Part shown: in pieces, positions 10,256 to 21,600 of the stretch
How positions within the stretch are numbered: the stretch's first letter is position 1
Layout: each line of letters starts with the position of its first letter
NCBI GenBank assembly: GCA_000165345.1
Contig: CM000430.1
Span: 1-64,000 of the forward strand
DNA length: 64,000 nt
Reading direction: 5' to 3'
Position numbers and translations under genes: made by a program
The notes under the pieces: model-generated
What the model was told of the DNA's origin: nothing
Databases searched by the model: none
Seen by the model: the letters and a program-made list of their open reading frames with translations, nothing else

Positions 10256-11755
10256 TTATTCATCATCACCTTTACCAGAACTCTTTCTTTTCTTCTTCTT
10301 CTTCTTTTCAGATGATTCATCATTGTCCCTCATTTGTTCTTGTTGATCATCTTCGTCCTGTTCATTTTGAATACTTTCATGACTCTTTCTCTTCTTCTTC
10401 TTCTTTTTATCTGAATCTAATTGGTTTGAAATTGTATTCTTTAATATATCCTGATTCTCAGATATAGCTTCTCTCATAATATCAATATTTTTTGGTGGAG
10501 ATATACCCTCAGATAAATATTTAAGGCGATCTTCAACCTGTTGTTTAAGTTTCTCACCAAATATATTATTATTAACTGTTGAGAAATTATCTATTCTAGC
10601 TGCTATTGAACATTTATTTGCTAGGTATCTGGATATTCTACCTTTATTCTTTTGTGATGCTTTACCAATATAAGTAGATTGGAAAAGTAAGCCATACTTA
10701 GGAGTATTACCCTTACTCTTTAAAGCTCTAAATAATGCTTTTTCAGCACCTAATACTTGAATTGTGGATGCTGGACTTTTTGCTAAATTAACTAAACTAC
10801 CAGAATGAGCAATTAATCTTGCAGCTAATGTATCCCCCAATAAACTCTGTAGATTTGGAGCAACATTATATAATCTATTATTAAGATAATCGATTAAATG
10901 CGATCTTTGCTTATATAATGCTATTAATTGTTTTGCAAGACTCTTAATCATATTCATATCATTATCTGTAATATCCTGACCCATACTAATAAGAATAGAT
11001 GAAAAAATGTCTTCTTCTAAACTAGGATCATCAACAATTTTTGAGATTTTCTTTCTAGTTTCTTCATTATCCTCAAATTTGTCTTTATCACCAATTAAAA
11101 CGGCAACTTTTAAGAATTTCTCAGTATCCGTAATAATTTTAGCTAATTCTGGAAAATGCCATGAATACCATTCTCTACATCTCATTGAAAATAAATTAAT
11201 GTCTTTATCAAGCCTATCAATTAAAGCAATAGACTGTACAATTGATTTATCTTGTTTATTAGGATCAAATTGTAATTTATTTCTACTAAAACTGTGACCT
11301 AGACCAACTTGGAATTTATGTAAATCTCCAATAGATGAATCAAAAGATTTAACAATTCTTGTAAAATGAATTCTAATACCTCTTAATAATTCATTAATAT
11401 TCTTATCAATAACAACAGGGTATCCCTGATCAGATAATGTTTTACCAAGGGATGCATCTCCAACACCTAAATTATATTTCTTTACCTTTTTTGGCAAATT
11501 TTGTATTAAAAAAGTCTTCAGTTCTTCAGTTGCATTACCATTTTGAATTTCTTTCATATTTTCTAATGCCATTTCTGCTGTTTGAAAGGGAAAGAACGCA
11601 AAGAATTGAGCAACTTGGCCAAATCTCATAGGATCTGCACATACTTCAATAACTGACTCAGTTACTTGACCAATTTCTTCCCAATTATCTATAATACATA
11701 ATAAATAACCTGCTGCACTTTCAAACAGGACATAAAGCTTCTTATCTCCAGACAT
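10256..11755 (-). CDS. NOP56: Nucleolar protein NOP56 (box C/D snoRNP core protein)
   Basis: 499-aa ORF. LYVLFESAAGY N-terminus. NLFSMRCREWYSWHFPELAKI Nop domain. GRISRYLANKCSIAARID. KKKKKRKS Lys-rich tail. Confidence 0.85.
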   Translation of the reverse strand: MSGDKKLYVLFESAAGYLLCIIDNWEEIGQVTESVIEVCADPMRFGQVAQFFAFFPFQTAEMALENMKEIQNGNATEELKTFLIQNLPKKVKKYNLGVGDASLGKTLSDQGYPVVIDKNINELLRGIRIHFTRIVKSFDSSIGDLHKFQVGLGHSFSRNKLQFDPNKQDKSIVQSIALIDRLDKDINLFSMRCREWYSWHFPELAKIITDTEKFLKVAVLIGDKDKFEDNEETRKKISKIVDDPSLEEDIFSSILISMGQDITDNDMNMIKSLAKQLIALYKQRSHLIDYLNNRLYNVAPNLQSLLGDTLAARLIAHSGSLVNLAKSPASTIQVLGAEKALFRALKSKGNTPKYGLLFQSTYIGKASQKNKGRISRYLANKCSIAARIDNFSTVNNNIFGEKLKQQVEDRLKYLSEGISPPKNIDIMREAISENQDILKNTISNQLDSDKKKKKKRKSHESIQNEQDEDDQQEQMRDNDESSEKKKKKKRKSSGKGDDE

Positions 11756-12208
11756 TTTGGATAATTATCAGTAATATCAATTAATATATCAAATTAGCCT
11801 TGAATAGTATTTTTTTCTAAGTAGACCAATATGAATTATTTAATAGAAACTTTCCTTTCCTCTGATAGAGTGATTTGTAAAATCAAATTACTCGTAATAC
11901 TACCTGTAGTTTGAACTCAAATTAAACACTATCTTATTAAAAAGATGATTTATTGTGGAAACAAAATAATTTCTTCCTTTATATCCAATTAAATAATTAA
12001 ATAATCTCTTACATCAAATTCCTCCTAATCGATTTCACTTGTCCTCTTATATTGTCAATACTTAATTTATCTAGTCATTCACGACACGAGACAGATATTT
12101 ATAATTAATAATAACTTTTTTATTATTTTCATTTAATTATTTAAAATTCTATGTTTACTATTTAATATTTATTCTATAGTCAAATAATAACCATTAATAA
12201 TTAATATG

Positions 12209-12266
12209 TGGCGCCAAAACGGTAAATTACCGGTCAGAAATTCGATACCGGGGAGTTTTGGCGCCA
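12209..12266. promoter_or_regulatory. Inverted pair of E2F-like motifs (GGCGCCAAAAC ...34 bp... GTTTTGGCGCC) upstream of NOP56
   Basis: Arms at 12210-12220 and 12255-12265 are perfect reverse complements. Spacer contains ACCGGT and a repeated TACCGG. Confidence 0.55.
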
Positions 12267-12521
12267 GTGTGTAATAAATAATAATAATAGAAATATTAGG
12301 GGGAGGAGAATTAAGGATCAAGAAAGAATCATAAAAAAATGAAAGTTTGAATATAAATTTATATTAGGCTATAAGTGTGAATATATGTATATAATATAAG
12401 TTGCCAAATGCATGTAAACATACAGAAAACGGATGAGGTTTCAAACATTATCAAGCTTTAATATGGTAACAGAATAAAGAGAAAGTAGTTTATGCTTTTT
12501 GAGATACTTTAAATATAGCTG

Positions 12522-15500
12522 TTATTCATAGCTTGTTAAAATCTGAGCAAGTTCGTTTTGCGTGGGGATACTTTTAGGGTGGATTGACTTGACAATGTTT
12601 TGCTGAGCTAGAATCCATATATTGTCACAATCTTTAATAGACTCTGCATGATGAGCAACGATAAAAATGTTACAATGCTTAAAGTGAGTAGCTAGAATTC
12701 TACTTATGCTTTGTTGTAGTCCCTGATCTCCATTTGTGTTCGGAGGAGGCTCATCAATTAGAACCATTCTATATTGTCTTGAGTGTATTACCAGCTTAGC
12801 TATAGAAAGGTACCTGAGTTGTGATCCTGATAAAGATCCTGCATTAGAATAAAGATTATTTTTCACTTCATTAATAAAAATAGGGTCAAGTAAACATTTA
12901 TCCAATCCTAGCAAAATTTCACCATCAGTAAGTTCCTCGTACGGGTCCAGGAAGTCTCTGATAGTCCAACCTTTTAGAAGTAAAGGTATTTGGGGAAGAA
13001 CTCCAATAATCCTCCTTCTTTCTTTGATAGAGAGCATGGAAATTGGTGTTTCGTCCAGAAGAATTTGGCCTTTGGTATACTTAACCAGACCAAGGAGGGC
13101 CAGGATTAAGGTAGATTTTCCAGATCCTGTTCTTCCTACAATACCAATCTTCTCGAAAGGTTGAACGTTAATATTTATACCATCCAAAACTACACTATAA
13201 GATGTACCCATAATATCACTATATCCAACTTCTAGATCCATAATCTTGACTCCTGTACGCTTTGAATCGGACTTAAAGATCCCACTCAAAAGCTTATGAC
13301 TCATATTTTCATTTTCCAAAACGATTTTCTTCTTGCCAAAGCTATTAAATCTATAATCTATGACAAAGAATAGATCATCATTAATTTCCTCAATCTCTAC
13401 TGAATCAAATCTCCTATAAGTATAATTACTATTACCAGTGGTAACCTGATTTAGATTTGGATTTGGATTTGGATTCGGATTCTGAATTAGTGTATTATTA
13501 GTATAAAAAGTTCGATTGTTAAAATCATCTTCTCTATTGTTATTAGTGGATGATTTGGTAGAGTTTTCAATGGTGGTTTTTGAGCTTCCATTGAAGCTGT
13601 TATTATCACTATTGACTTCGGTACCTGGTTTTGATCCATTTGATATTAAAGAAAAAATCCTTTCACTACTACACATATCTCTTTCCATGGACGCAAATCT
13701 GTATGTAATTACGCCCGTAGTATCTGATATCAATAAAGAGTAAAGTAAAGCAAGATACCTCCAATTGCTTTCAACTGGTATAAATAGAATAAAAATGATC
13801 AAAGGAAGAGTATATAACTGAAGCCTAATAGCTGCCCATTGACTTGCAATATGTTGAAGTAGCTTTATTCGTTGAAGATGTTCAATCTGAAGTAAGAACT
13901 GGTTAAGGAGATGTCTCTGAGCATTAAAGGCATGAATAACCACAATGCCATTAATTAGCTGAGAAAAGAGGCCATACATTGGAGAAAGAACGGAAAGAGC
14001 AACTTTCTGTGCCCTAATATAAGTAGAAATATAACGTTGACAAACAATTTTATACGTCATAAAGGTAACCATTAATATTATTGGTAATGAATACGGTACT
14101 GCATAGCTTAATATTGAGATTTGGATCAAGAAATCGATTGATGGAACAATTACTGAGGCAATTTTCTTCAAAGGACTCTCGTCCATGACCAACATATCTG
14201 TGCTGAGTCTGTTCATTAGATATGAAGTTGGGGTTGAATCAGAAAGCCAAAATGGAGAAAAGAGAATCTGACGAATTAAGTTGTTATGGGCAATATTGGA
14301 AGCCTTCACACCTCCAATAGCTTCTCCAATAAAAAGTAGAGCGCAAAGAAGTCCTTGGAAAAGTACAATAAATGTGTAAATCCAAATAAAATTTGGATTA
14401 TTACTGGAATCATTATAACTGATAAATGTGTCAGAGTAACGGTCAAACACTGATTTTAATATACAAGAAATGAGTAACACTATGCACCATGCTCTTCCAA
14501 CTAGAGAAAAATACCACCAATAAATTTCAAGAGTATTTCTTTTCCCTGGGCTTATCTCAGTTTCCAAGACCAAGTCTGCTGGCAGGCTTACAGGTTTATA
14601 AAATGTTTTAGAAGAAGTTAGTGTTAATGAAACCTTGTTATTCAAAGTTGATGGACTGGTACATGTTCCAGATGACGTAGGTGTTGTTCCGGTAATTGAA
14701 TGAAAGCTTTCTATACTTATATTTTTACTCTGAAGAGCTGATATCTGGTGGCTAATGCGGTGTATTACATCTAGCTCCTCATTAATATCATTTGAATTGT
14801 CTGTTAACCTTGATTCTAATTTATTGTGAAACTCTAAATTCATTTTATTTAAATTGTTTGGCGCCAAATCCGAGTTGCATGTGGATTCATGCAAATTTTC
14901 TTGCATGCAATCTATGCCCTGTGCGCATACCGGCGAAATATTTTGCTTTTCCACATCATTGTTGCATACAAAGTTGTTAACTTCTAATGAATTGTTGATG
15001 TTTGGTCTAGAATTATTATTAATAAGTGTTTGGTATTCTATTAGAGAGCCTGAAAAGAATATATCATGATTGTTAAGGTGCACAATTTGGATGTTAGTTA
15101 AGCTATTCTCTGGTTGATTGTTGATGAAATATAAGAGAGTAGTAAGGTCAATTGAGAGAATGGTTCTAGAGTATGGGCTATTAAGGAAACCCTTATGTCC
15201 AAAGAGCCTGGAAAATATTTTGGAGCCTACATTTGGGTCAAGGTTGAGAAAAATGTCATCAAATAGGAAAATGGCAGCTTCACTCTGATGGTAGAGGCAT
15301 CTCGCTAGGGCTACTCTTGTTTTTTGTCCTCCACTAAGGGATGTGCCTCCTTCATCAATGACCCTGAGATCACCATCCTTCCAAGATTGAAAATCATGTT
15401 GCAATTGACAAATGCCTGTAACCAGCATGTAGAGTTCTTCATTCCAAGGTTTTCCAAATAATATTGCAGATCTGACAGTGCCTTGAGGAATCCAAGATGT

Positions 15501-17156
15501 TTGGCTTGAGTAAGCGTAACAAAGGTCATTATCTTTGCATTCAAGAATTGAGTTAATGACGGAAGTTTTGCCACATCCTGATGATCCAGTGAAAATAACA
15601 CATTTTCCTAGAGTATTGAGAGAATTCTCTGGATTGCATAGGTGTGACTTAATAATTCGGTGGCATTCATAAATGAAGGAATTATTTGAATTATTTAAGT
15701 ACTGGTCATCTATAGAAATACCATCAGAAGACTTGCAAAACTGCTTAAAACACATAACTTTATTGGAATATTTGCTTACTTCCTCTTGAGCTGGATTCTT
15801 TAAATTTGAAAAGTCAATTGCTCCAGTAAATTCACAATCAGTACTAGTATCATCATCTTCTGAAAAATATTCAAAATAATTATCAGGATGAGAAGAAATA
15901 AAAGTACGAATTCTCAAAAGTGAAATGAGGCCTTCAATAAAAGTTACAGGAATTCCCCTAAGTGGTGATGCAAGGGAATGGAGTATATGTATTGAAGCAA
16001 GAGCTGCTGGTAGGTTCAAAGATGTTCCAATAAAAAGGTAGAAAATAATGAATACAATCAATTGAGTAGCTCTTTGAGTATGGTATTCAAGAAAGCTTCC
16101 AAACTGAGTCCTAACAAGGCGCTTACGGTTTAATGCTGTTTCAATATTTCTACTCTTCATAATTTTATCAAAAGCCAGATCTTCAGCTCCCATTATTCTA
16201 ATAACTCGAAGAATCCCAAGAATATCATGGCAAACCGATAGTCTTTGATCTCTATACTCCATAAATGGTGCCTTATATACAGTTCCAAGTACTTGAAATC
16301 CAAAGCTTGAAATAAAGAAGAACAAAAATGTTATAATACCAGGTAAAGCTGCTATGAGTCCAACCTGCTTTGAAAGTAACTTCCAGGTTATCCAAATATT
16401 CACTGGAAGAAGAATACAGTCTATCAAGGAATTCAAAAATAGCTGTACTGCTGATATATCGCCAACTAACATACTGAATACATCTGGATCTGCAAGAAGG
16501 TATCTAATTGATTTACTATAGGTTATTTTCTCAAGCTCATTTCTTCCTCTTGAAGAGTCTAAGAATTTTTTAAAAGCTATGAATCCATTACTATTCGATG
16601 ATGAATCTTCATCTCCCTCAATTTCAAGCCGGATCTTACTAGGAATCTCATGTAAATCAACACTTACAGCGTTTTCATTGTGCTTTTGCTCTCTTGACTT
16701 TTCGGATCCACGTCCAGATAAAAGTCTATAAAAGATGATCCCCGTCAGGCCTGACTCAAGCCTCATTGTCACTCTCGCAAGGTAAAGCCTTGCATGTGCA
16801 TCAATTACTGACCTTATTAAATAAGCTGAGACAAGAAATATACAGGAATTCAAGGCTCTAATACTTTTGTTATTTGAGACTGTTTGAGTGAAAACTATCG
16901 AGCATAGACTACAAGAAAATAAGAAAATAAGCTTCAAAAATAGAACATTTACAATTGATCTTCCATATACTTGCAATAATGGAAGCCAGAAATGGTTTCT
17001 ATTTTTTGAAAATGATTCTCTTAATCTATATATCCAAATTAAAGGTGAGTCTCCATGAAAAAGTAAAGGATATCCAGGATTTGAATTTCCATTAGTGATA
17101 TATCTACTCCATTGTGAAAGCCATAACAACTGGAAAAAGCTTGACATTAATTCCAA
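12522..17156 (-). CDS. ABC transporter, ABCC/MRP-like full transporter (TMD-NBD-TMD-NBD), array member 1
   Basis: 1544 aa. NBD1 Walker A GSSGCGKTS, signature LSGGQKTRVALARCL, Walker B LFDDIF (DD). NBD2 Walker A GRTGSGKST, degenerate signature LSGSQ, Walker B LIDEPP, H-loop VAHH. Two multi-helix hydrophobic blocks. Confidence 0.9.
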   Translation of the reverse strand: MELMSSFFQLLWLSQWSRYITNGNSNPGYPLLFHGDSPLIWIYRLRESFSKNRNHFWLPLLQVYGRSIVNVLFLKLIFLFSCSLCSIVFTQTVSNNKSIRALNSCIFLVSAYLIRSVIDAHARLYLARVTMRLESGLTGIIFYRLLSGRGSEKSREQKHNENAVSVDLHEIPSKIRLEIEGDEDSSSNSNGFIAFKKFLDSSRGRNELEKITYSKSIRYLLADPDVFSMLVGDISAVQLFLNSLIDCILLPVNIWITWKLLSKQVGLIAALPGIITFLFFFISSFGFQVLGTVYKAPFMEYRDQRLSVCHDILGILRVIRIMGAEDLAFDKIMKSRNIETALNRKRLVRTQFGSFLEYHTQRATQLIVFIIFYLFIGTSLNLPAALASIHILHSLASPLRGIPVTFIEGLISLLRIRTFISSHPDNYFEYFSEDDDTSTDCEFTGAIDFSNLKNPAQEEVSKYSNKVMCFKQFCKSSDGISIDDQYLNNSNNSFIYECHRIIKSHLCNPENSLNTLGKCVIFTGSSGCGKTSVINSILECKDNDLCYAYSSQTSWIPQGTVRSAILFGKPWNEELYMLVTGICQLQHDFQSWKDGDLRVIDEGGTSLSGGQKTRVALARCLYHQSEAAIFLFDDIFLNLDPNVGSKIFSRLFGHKGFLNSPYSRTILSIDLTTLLYFINNQPENSLTNIQIVHLNNHDIFFSGSLIEYQTLINNNSRPNINNSLEVNNFVCNNDVEKQNISPVCAQGIDCMQENLHESTCNSDLAPNNLNKMNLEFHNKLESRLTDNSNDINEELDVIHRISHQISALQSKNISIESFHSITGTTPTSSGTCTSPSTLNNKVSLTLTSSKTFYKPVSLPADLVLETEISPGKRNTLEIYWWYFSLVGRAWCIVLLISCILKSVFDRYSDTFISYNDSSNNPNFIWIYTFIVLFQGLLCALLFIGEAIGGVKASNIAHNNLIRQILFSPFWLSDSTPTSYLMNRLSTDMLVMDESPLKKIASVIVPSIDFLIQISILSYAVPYSLPIILMVTFMTYKIVCQRYISTYIRAQKVALSVLSPMYGLFSQLINGIVVIHAFNAQRHLLNQFLLQIEHLQRIKLLQHIASQWAAIRLQLYTLPLIIFILFIPVESNWRYLALLYSLLISDTTGVITYRFASMERDMCSSERIFSLISNGSKPGTEVNSDNNSFNGSSKTTIENSTKSSTNNNREDDFNNRTFYTNNTLIQNPNPNPNPNLNQVTTGNSNYTYRRFDSVEIEEINDDLFFVIDYRFNSFGKKKIVLENENMSHKLLSGIFKSDSKRTGVKIMDLEVGYSDIMGTSYSVVLDGININVQPFEKIGIVGRTGSGKSTLILALLGLVKYTKGQILLDETPISMLSIKERRRIIGVLPQIPLLLKGWTIRDFLDPYEELTDGEILLGLDKCLLDPIFINEVKNNLYSNAGSLSGSQLRYLSIAKLVIHSRQYRMVLIDEPPPNTNGDQGLQQSISRILATHFKHCNIFIVAHHAESIKDCDNIWILAQQNIVKSIHPKSIPTQNELAQILTSYE

Positions 17157-17900
17157 ATATTCAAATTTTATAATATATTCTCAAATTAATATTTAATCAG
17201 TTAAGTCTTAAAACTTAACTTCACTCAAGAATTAATTATATTCAATTGGTCAAATTATTCCAAAACTGGATAAAAGTTTAAACAGGTATATTTCCTTGAA
17301 TATATAGTACTTTAAACGAATATATTATGTATACAAATACATAAATTCCTATTATATATATATATTATACGCATTATATTATGTGATAATGGGAATATTT
17401 CCTCAAATTAAAGTTTTTATTATTCAGTATAATGGATTAATTTTTAACTGAAGATGATCATAGACATTTTACAATTGTCCGTCTTTTTTTTTCAGTTAAG
17501 AATTTGAAGAAGCCAATTACCTGATCAATAGAAAATGCTTAATATTATGCAATATCAAATAAATATTTATGTTTCAAGAAGTCAATTTATATCACTTCTT
17601 TTGATATCCCAGTGTATTATATTACAAAATGGTGAGCAATTAAAGTAACCAGTTATTGTGATACAAGAATAAAGATAAAAATATTATCGTGTGAAATATC
17701 TTATTCTGATCAAATATTTGAAATTATTCAGTGTGCTAACTTGTTAGCAGCAAAATTGGATTATATATTTATTGCAATAATTTATTATTCAGAAATCAAT
17801 TAAGGGAAACAATCCCAAACTTTAGAAATTTATGAGGGAAACCTTTTCCCCTCGTAATTTTTTTTCGATCTTGATACGAATTTCAAATATTACTTCACAA

Positions 17901-17960
<60 letters not shown>

Positions 17961-18648
17961 AATATGTATTTATTATATGCGTAAATAAATTATATATTAA
18001 TAATTATATTTATCAATTATAATTACATATAATATTTATATATATACTACCGCCATCACAATTTTACCGCCAAAACTCAATAGGTTACTCATGGAAATTG
18101 GCGCCGCATGTAATTTTAATTGCACATGTCAAATAGTGGCATTAAAAAAAAAAATGGGTAATAAAATAAGAAGAATAAAGAATATAAATGGTTTTTCTTT
18201 GTTAAATTAGTCAAAAGACTTAATTGATTTTTTTAACTTGCAAACTTTTGGCCAAACAAGATAATAAATGCGTTATGATCATTAAAATTTACAATTCGTG
18301 GTTAAATACATGAAAGAATTAAAGCTGGCTAAATAAAATAAAAAAATCAAAATAACAATAATAGCTCAAAAAATTATTAAATTAAATCTCATGATTGGTA
18401 ATTCACCTTTTTTAATAATGAAAATGATAAGCAATATAATTTTCAATTTTAAAACTATATCCACTCCATTCCACTCCACAATGAAAAATAAAAATAAATT
18501 ATGAACAATATAACTAACTCTACAAATTAATGTAATAATTAAGAATATTAAGTAGCCACTTTTAATCGATTATTTGTTAAACCAACTGTTAATGAATCAA
18601 ATGGCACTATCATCAAATAATATTAATAGCTGTACCTAGCTAAATGTA

Positions 18649-21600
18649 TCAGTTATTCTTTAATAACCCAGCAAGATATTTCTGGCTAACTATACCTTTT
18701 GGATGTATTACAGTTTCAATAGTACCATTACCAAGTACCCAAATTGAATTGCAATTCTGAAGCGAAGCTGCATGGTGTGCAACAACAAAAACAGTACAAT
18801 GTGGAAAGTATGTTCTTAATAATTCATGTACTGGCACATAAGATCTCGCACTTGTTTGATCCTCAAAAGTATCTGGAGGTGGCTCATCAACAAGAATTAA
18901 TCTATAATCTCTTGCATTTACTACAAGTCTTGCTAATGACAAATATCTAAGTTGAGAATCCGATAAATATCTTGCAACCAGACTCGTTATAGAATCATGG
19001 CAATCATCACTATTTAAATTATTTTTTTTCTTTTTATTATTTTCTACAGTTGTTGAAGTTGTTATATTTGCATCTGGAACTAAAACAGTATCCAACATTT
19101 TTCCACCTGGTAATGACCGTATTGTACCAGATAAGCAGCAAATACGTAAAGCTTCCCACAAATCTTCCGAAGATCTCTGACCTTCTGGATCTAGAAAATC
19201 ACGAACTGTCCAACCTTTTAAAATCAAAGGAACTTGAGGAAGAACTCCAACAATCTTTCTTTTGGTTGAAGATGGCATTTGGTTCATGGGTACTCCATCC
19301 AAGTATATATTTCCTTTTGTTGCTGGTATAAATCCAAAAAGTGCCATAATAAAAGTCGATTTTCCACTCCCTGATCTACCCACTATTCCGATATGATCAT
19401 TTGGGCCTGCAAATTCATTAATATTTTTTAAAGTTGGTGGATAATAAATCTTATTTAAATCTGAACAAGATTGAGCTTCATCTTGAATTTTTGATGAAGA
19501 AGTTCTTAATTCATTCACTTTATAATCCGGACGACGATATCTCACTTCCAAATCTGATATTAAGATACCTTGTCTTGTATCAGGTATTGCTGAGTCTTCT
19601 AATATTGTCTGTGGATGAGCTTTATTATCTTCATCAAGTAAATGTACGTATTCATAAATACGTCCAACTGAACACATATCCTTCTCTAAACTTATTAATC
19701 TAAAAATTATCTCATTAATATTTTCAGCAAAGCTTATTGTATAAGTTAAAGGCAAGGCCAAAATTGCTTTATATGATGGGGATATTATACCAATTATTGA
19801 TACTATTAATGTTAAAGGAGCTGTTAAAAGCTGCATGCGCAAGCCCGCCCATTGGCATGCACAATGTTGAAGAAATCTTGCTCTTTGAAGCTTTTCAACA
19901 AAACTTGCACATTTATCCAAATAAACTCTTTCAGCATCAAATGCTCTGATGATTGCTCCTCCACTTAAGCATTCTGAAAATATACTACATAATGGTGAAA
20001 GAGCTAATAATGCACATCTTTGTGCATCTCTATATGTCAATAAAAGCCTGTCCCCAATATATCTCAATATGAAAATTATTAAAATAACCTCAAACGGTAA
20101 AGTAAGTGGAACTATAAATGAAACATATGAAATATTGAATAATAATGAAATTAATGGTAAAATTACTGCTGTAATTCTTCTTATTGTACAATTATCAATT
20201 GCAAGCATATCAGAACTGAATCTACTTAAAATCTTACCAACTGAATTGATATAAAAGAACCAAAATGGTGCATATACAATCTTATTAAGAAAGATTTCAT
20301 GAGATTTTTTTGCAGCTTCAATACCACCAATAGCTTCACCAATATATATAATTAAACTTATAATACTTTCAATTAATACTGCCAAAGTAGCATTAAAACA
20401 GAATCTATAAAGATATGATTCTGTAATTTGAATCTGACTTGATCTGCTTACATATAACAGCTCAAGAATTTTATCAATAATAACTTTTATTACACATCCT
20501 AAAGTAAAAACAATCATCCATTTTGGTCCAATCAATTTAAAGTACCAAAAATAAGATGAAAATGAAAATCTGCTCCTTATATTATTATTCTGATCCTTAA
20601 ATTCTTCACCTTCTCTGGAATTTAAAAGCTCAGTAAATTGATTATCAGTATTATTTGAATCATCATTTAAATTTAAAGATTCTAATTCAATACCTTTAAA
20701 ATATGGTGTATTTGGAACAAGATCATCTCCTACTAATTCTTGATCAAGTAATATATTTCTTGATTCTTTAAGATAATCAGAATAAGATCCACTCCATTCT
20801 ACTTTACCATCATTTAATACACAAACATTAAATTTGAATCCATTGTAATTCAAAGCTTCATAAAATGATGAGTTATTATCGATTGGTGATGAAGATAAAG
20901 AAGAAGGTGATGATGAATTTGAGCATGATTTAGGTATTGTTGATAAATTCTGCTCATTTGAACAAGAAAGGGAATTACTATTCATATTATCAATCAAATT
21001 CTTATCATTATTATATAAATGCTGAATATTTGCCATATAATGATGAAGGCTATCAATACTTATTGTAACAATAGAAGAAACTGTTAATAAAAGTCCATTT
21101 GGTCCAAATAATCGATTAAATATTTGGAATCCAACTTTTGGATCAACACTGACAAATACATCATCAAATAAATAAAGTAAGGACTCAAATTGTTGAGGAT
21201 TTTCAGAATCTATATAAAATTTGTTCTTGGAAAAAGCTGAATATCTTATTGGAAGAGAATATAAAGCTCTAGCTAAAGAAATTCTAGCTCTTTGTCCACC
21301 ACTTAATGAACATCCACCTTCATCTACAACTCTAAGATCACCACGTTGCCAAGATGAAAAGTCTTCTTTAAGTTGGCAGCAATCAACAATTAGTTCATAT
21401 TTTTCACGATTCCATTCTCTTCCAAGTAAAATTGCTGATCTAACACTACCACTAGGAATCCATGGAAGTTGTGGTGAATAAGATATAATGGAATTTGTTT
21501 CTCTTGGTCTAACATAAATATTTGATGCTGATGGTCTAATTTCATTAAGTATTGCTTTAATAAGAGAAGATTTTCCACAGCCTGGTTCTCCTACAAGGAA

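Noticed and set aside
14857-14935. GC islands with GGCGCC plus GCATGC words inside all four ABC CDSs (14857-14935, 19842-19870, 25913-25939, 32645-32671), which might be internal promoters
   Set aside because: Each is explained by coding. GGCGCC encodes Gly-Ala or Ala-Pro. GCATGC encodes Ala-Cys, and GCCCGCCCATTG encodes the conserved QWAG of TMD2. They fall at different relative positions in the four proteins. Transcript-start mapping would be needed to revive the idea.
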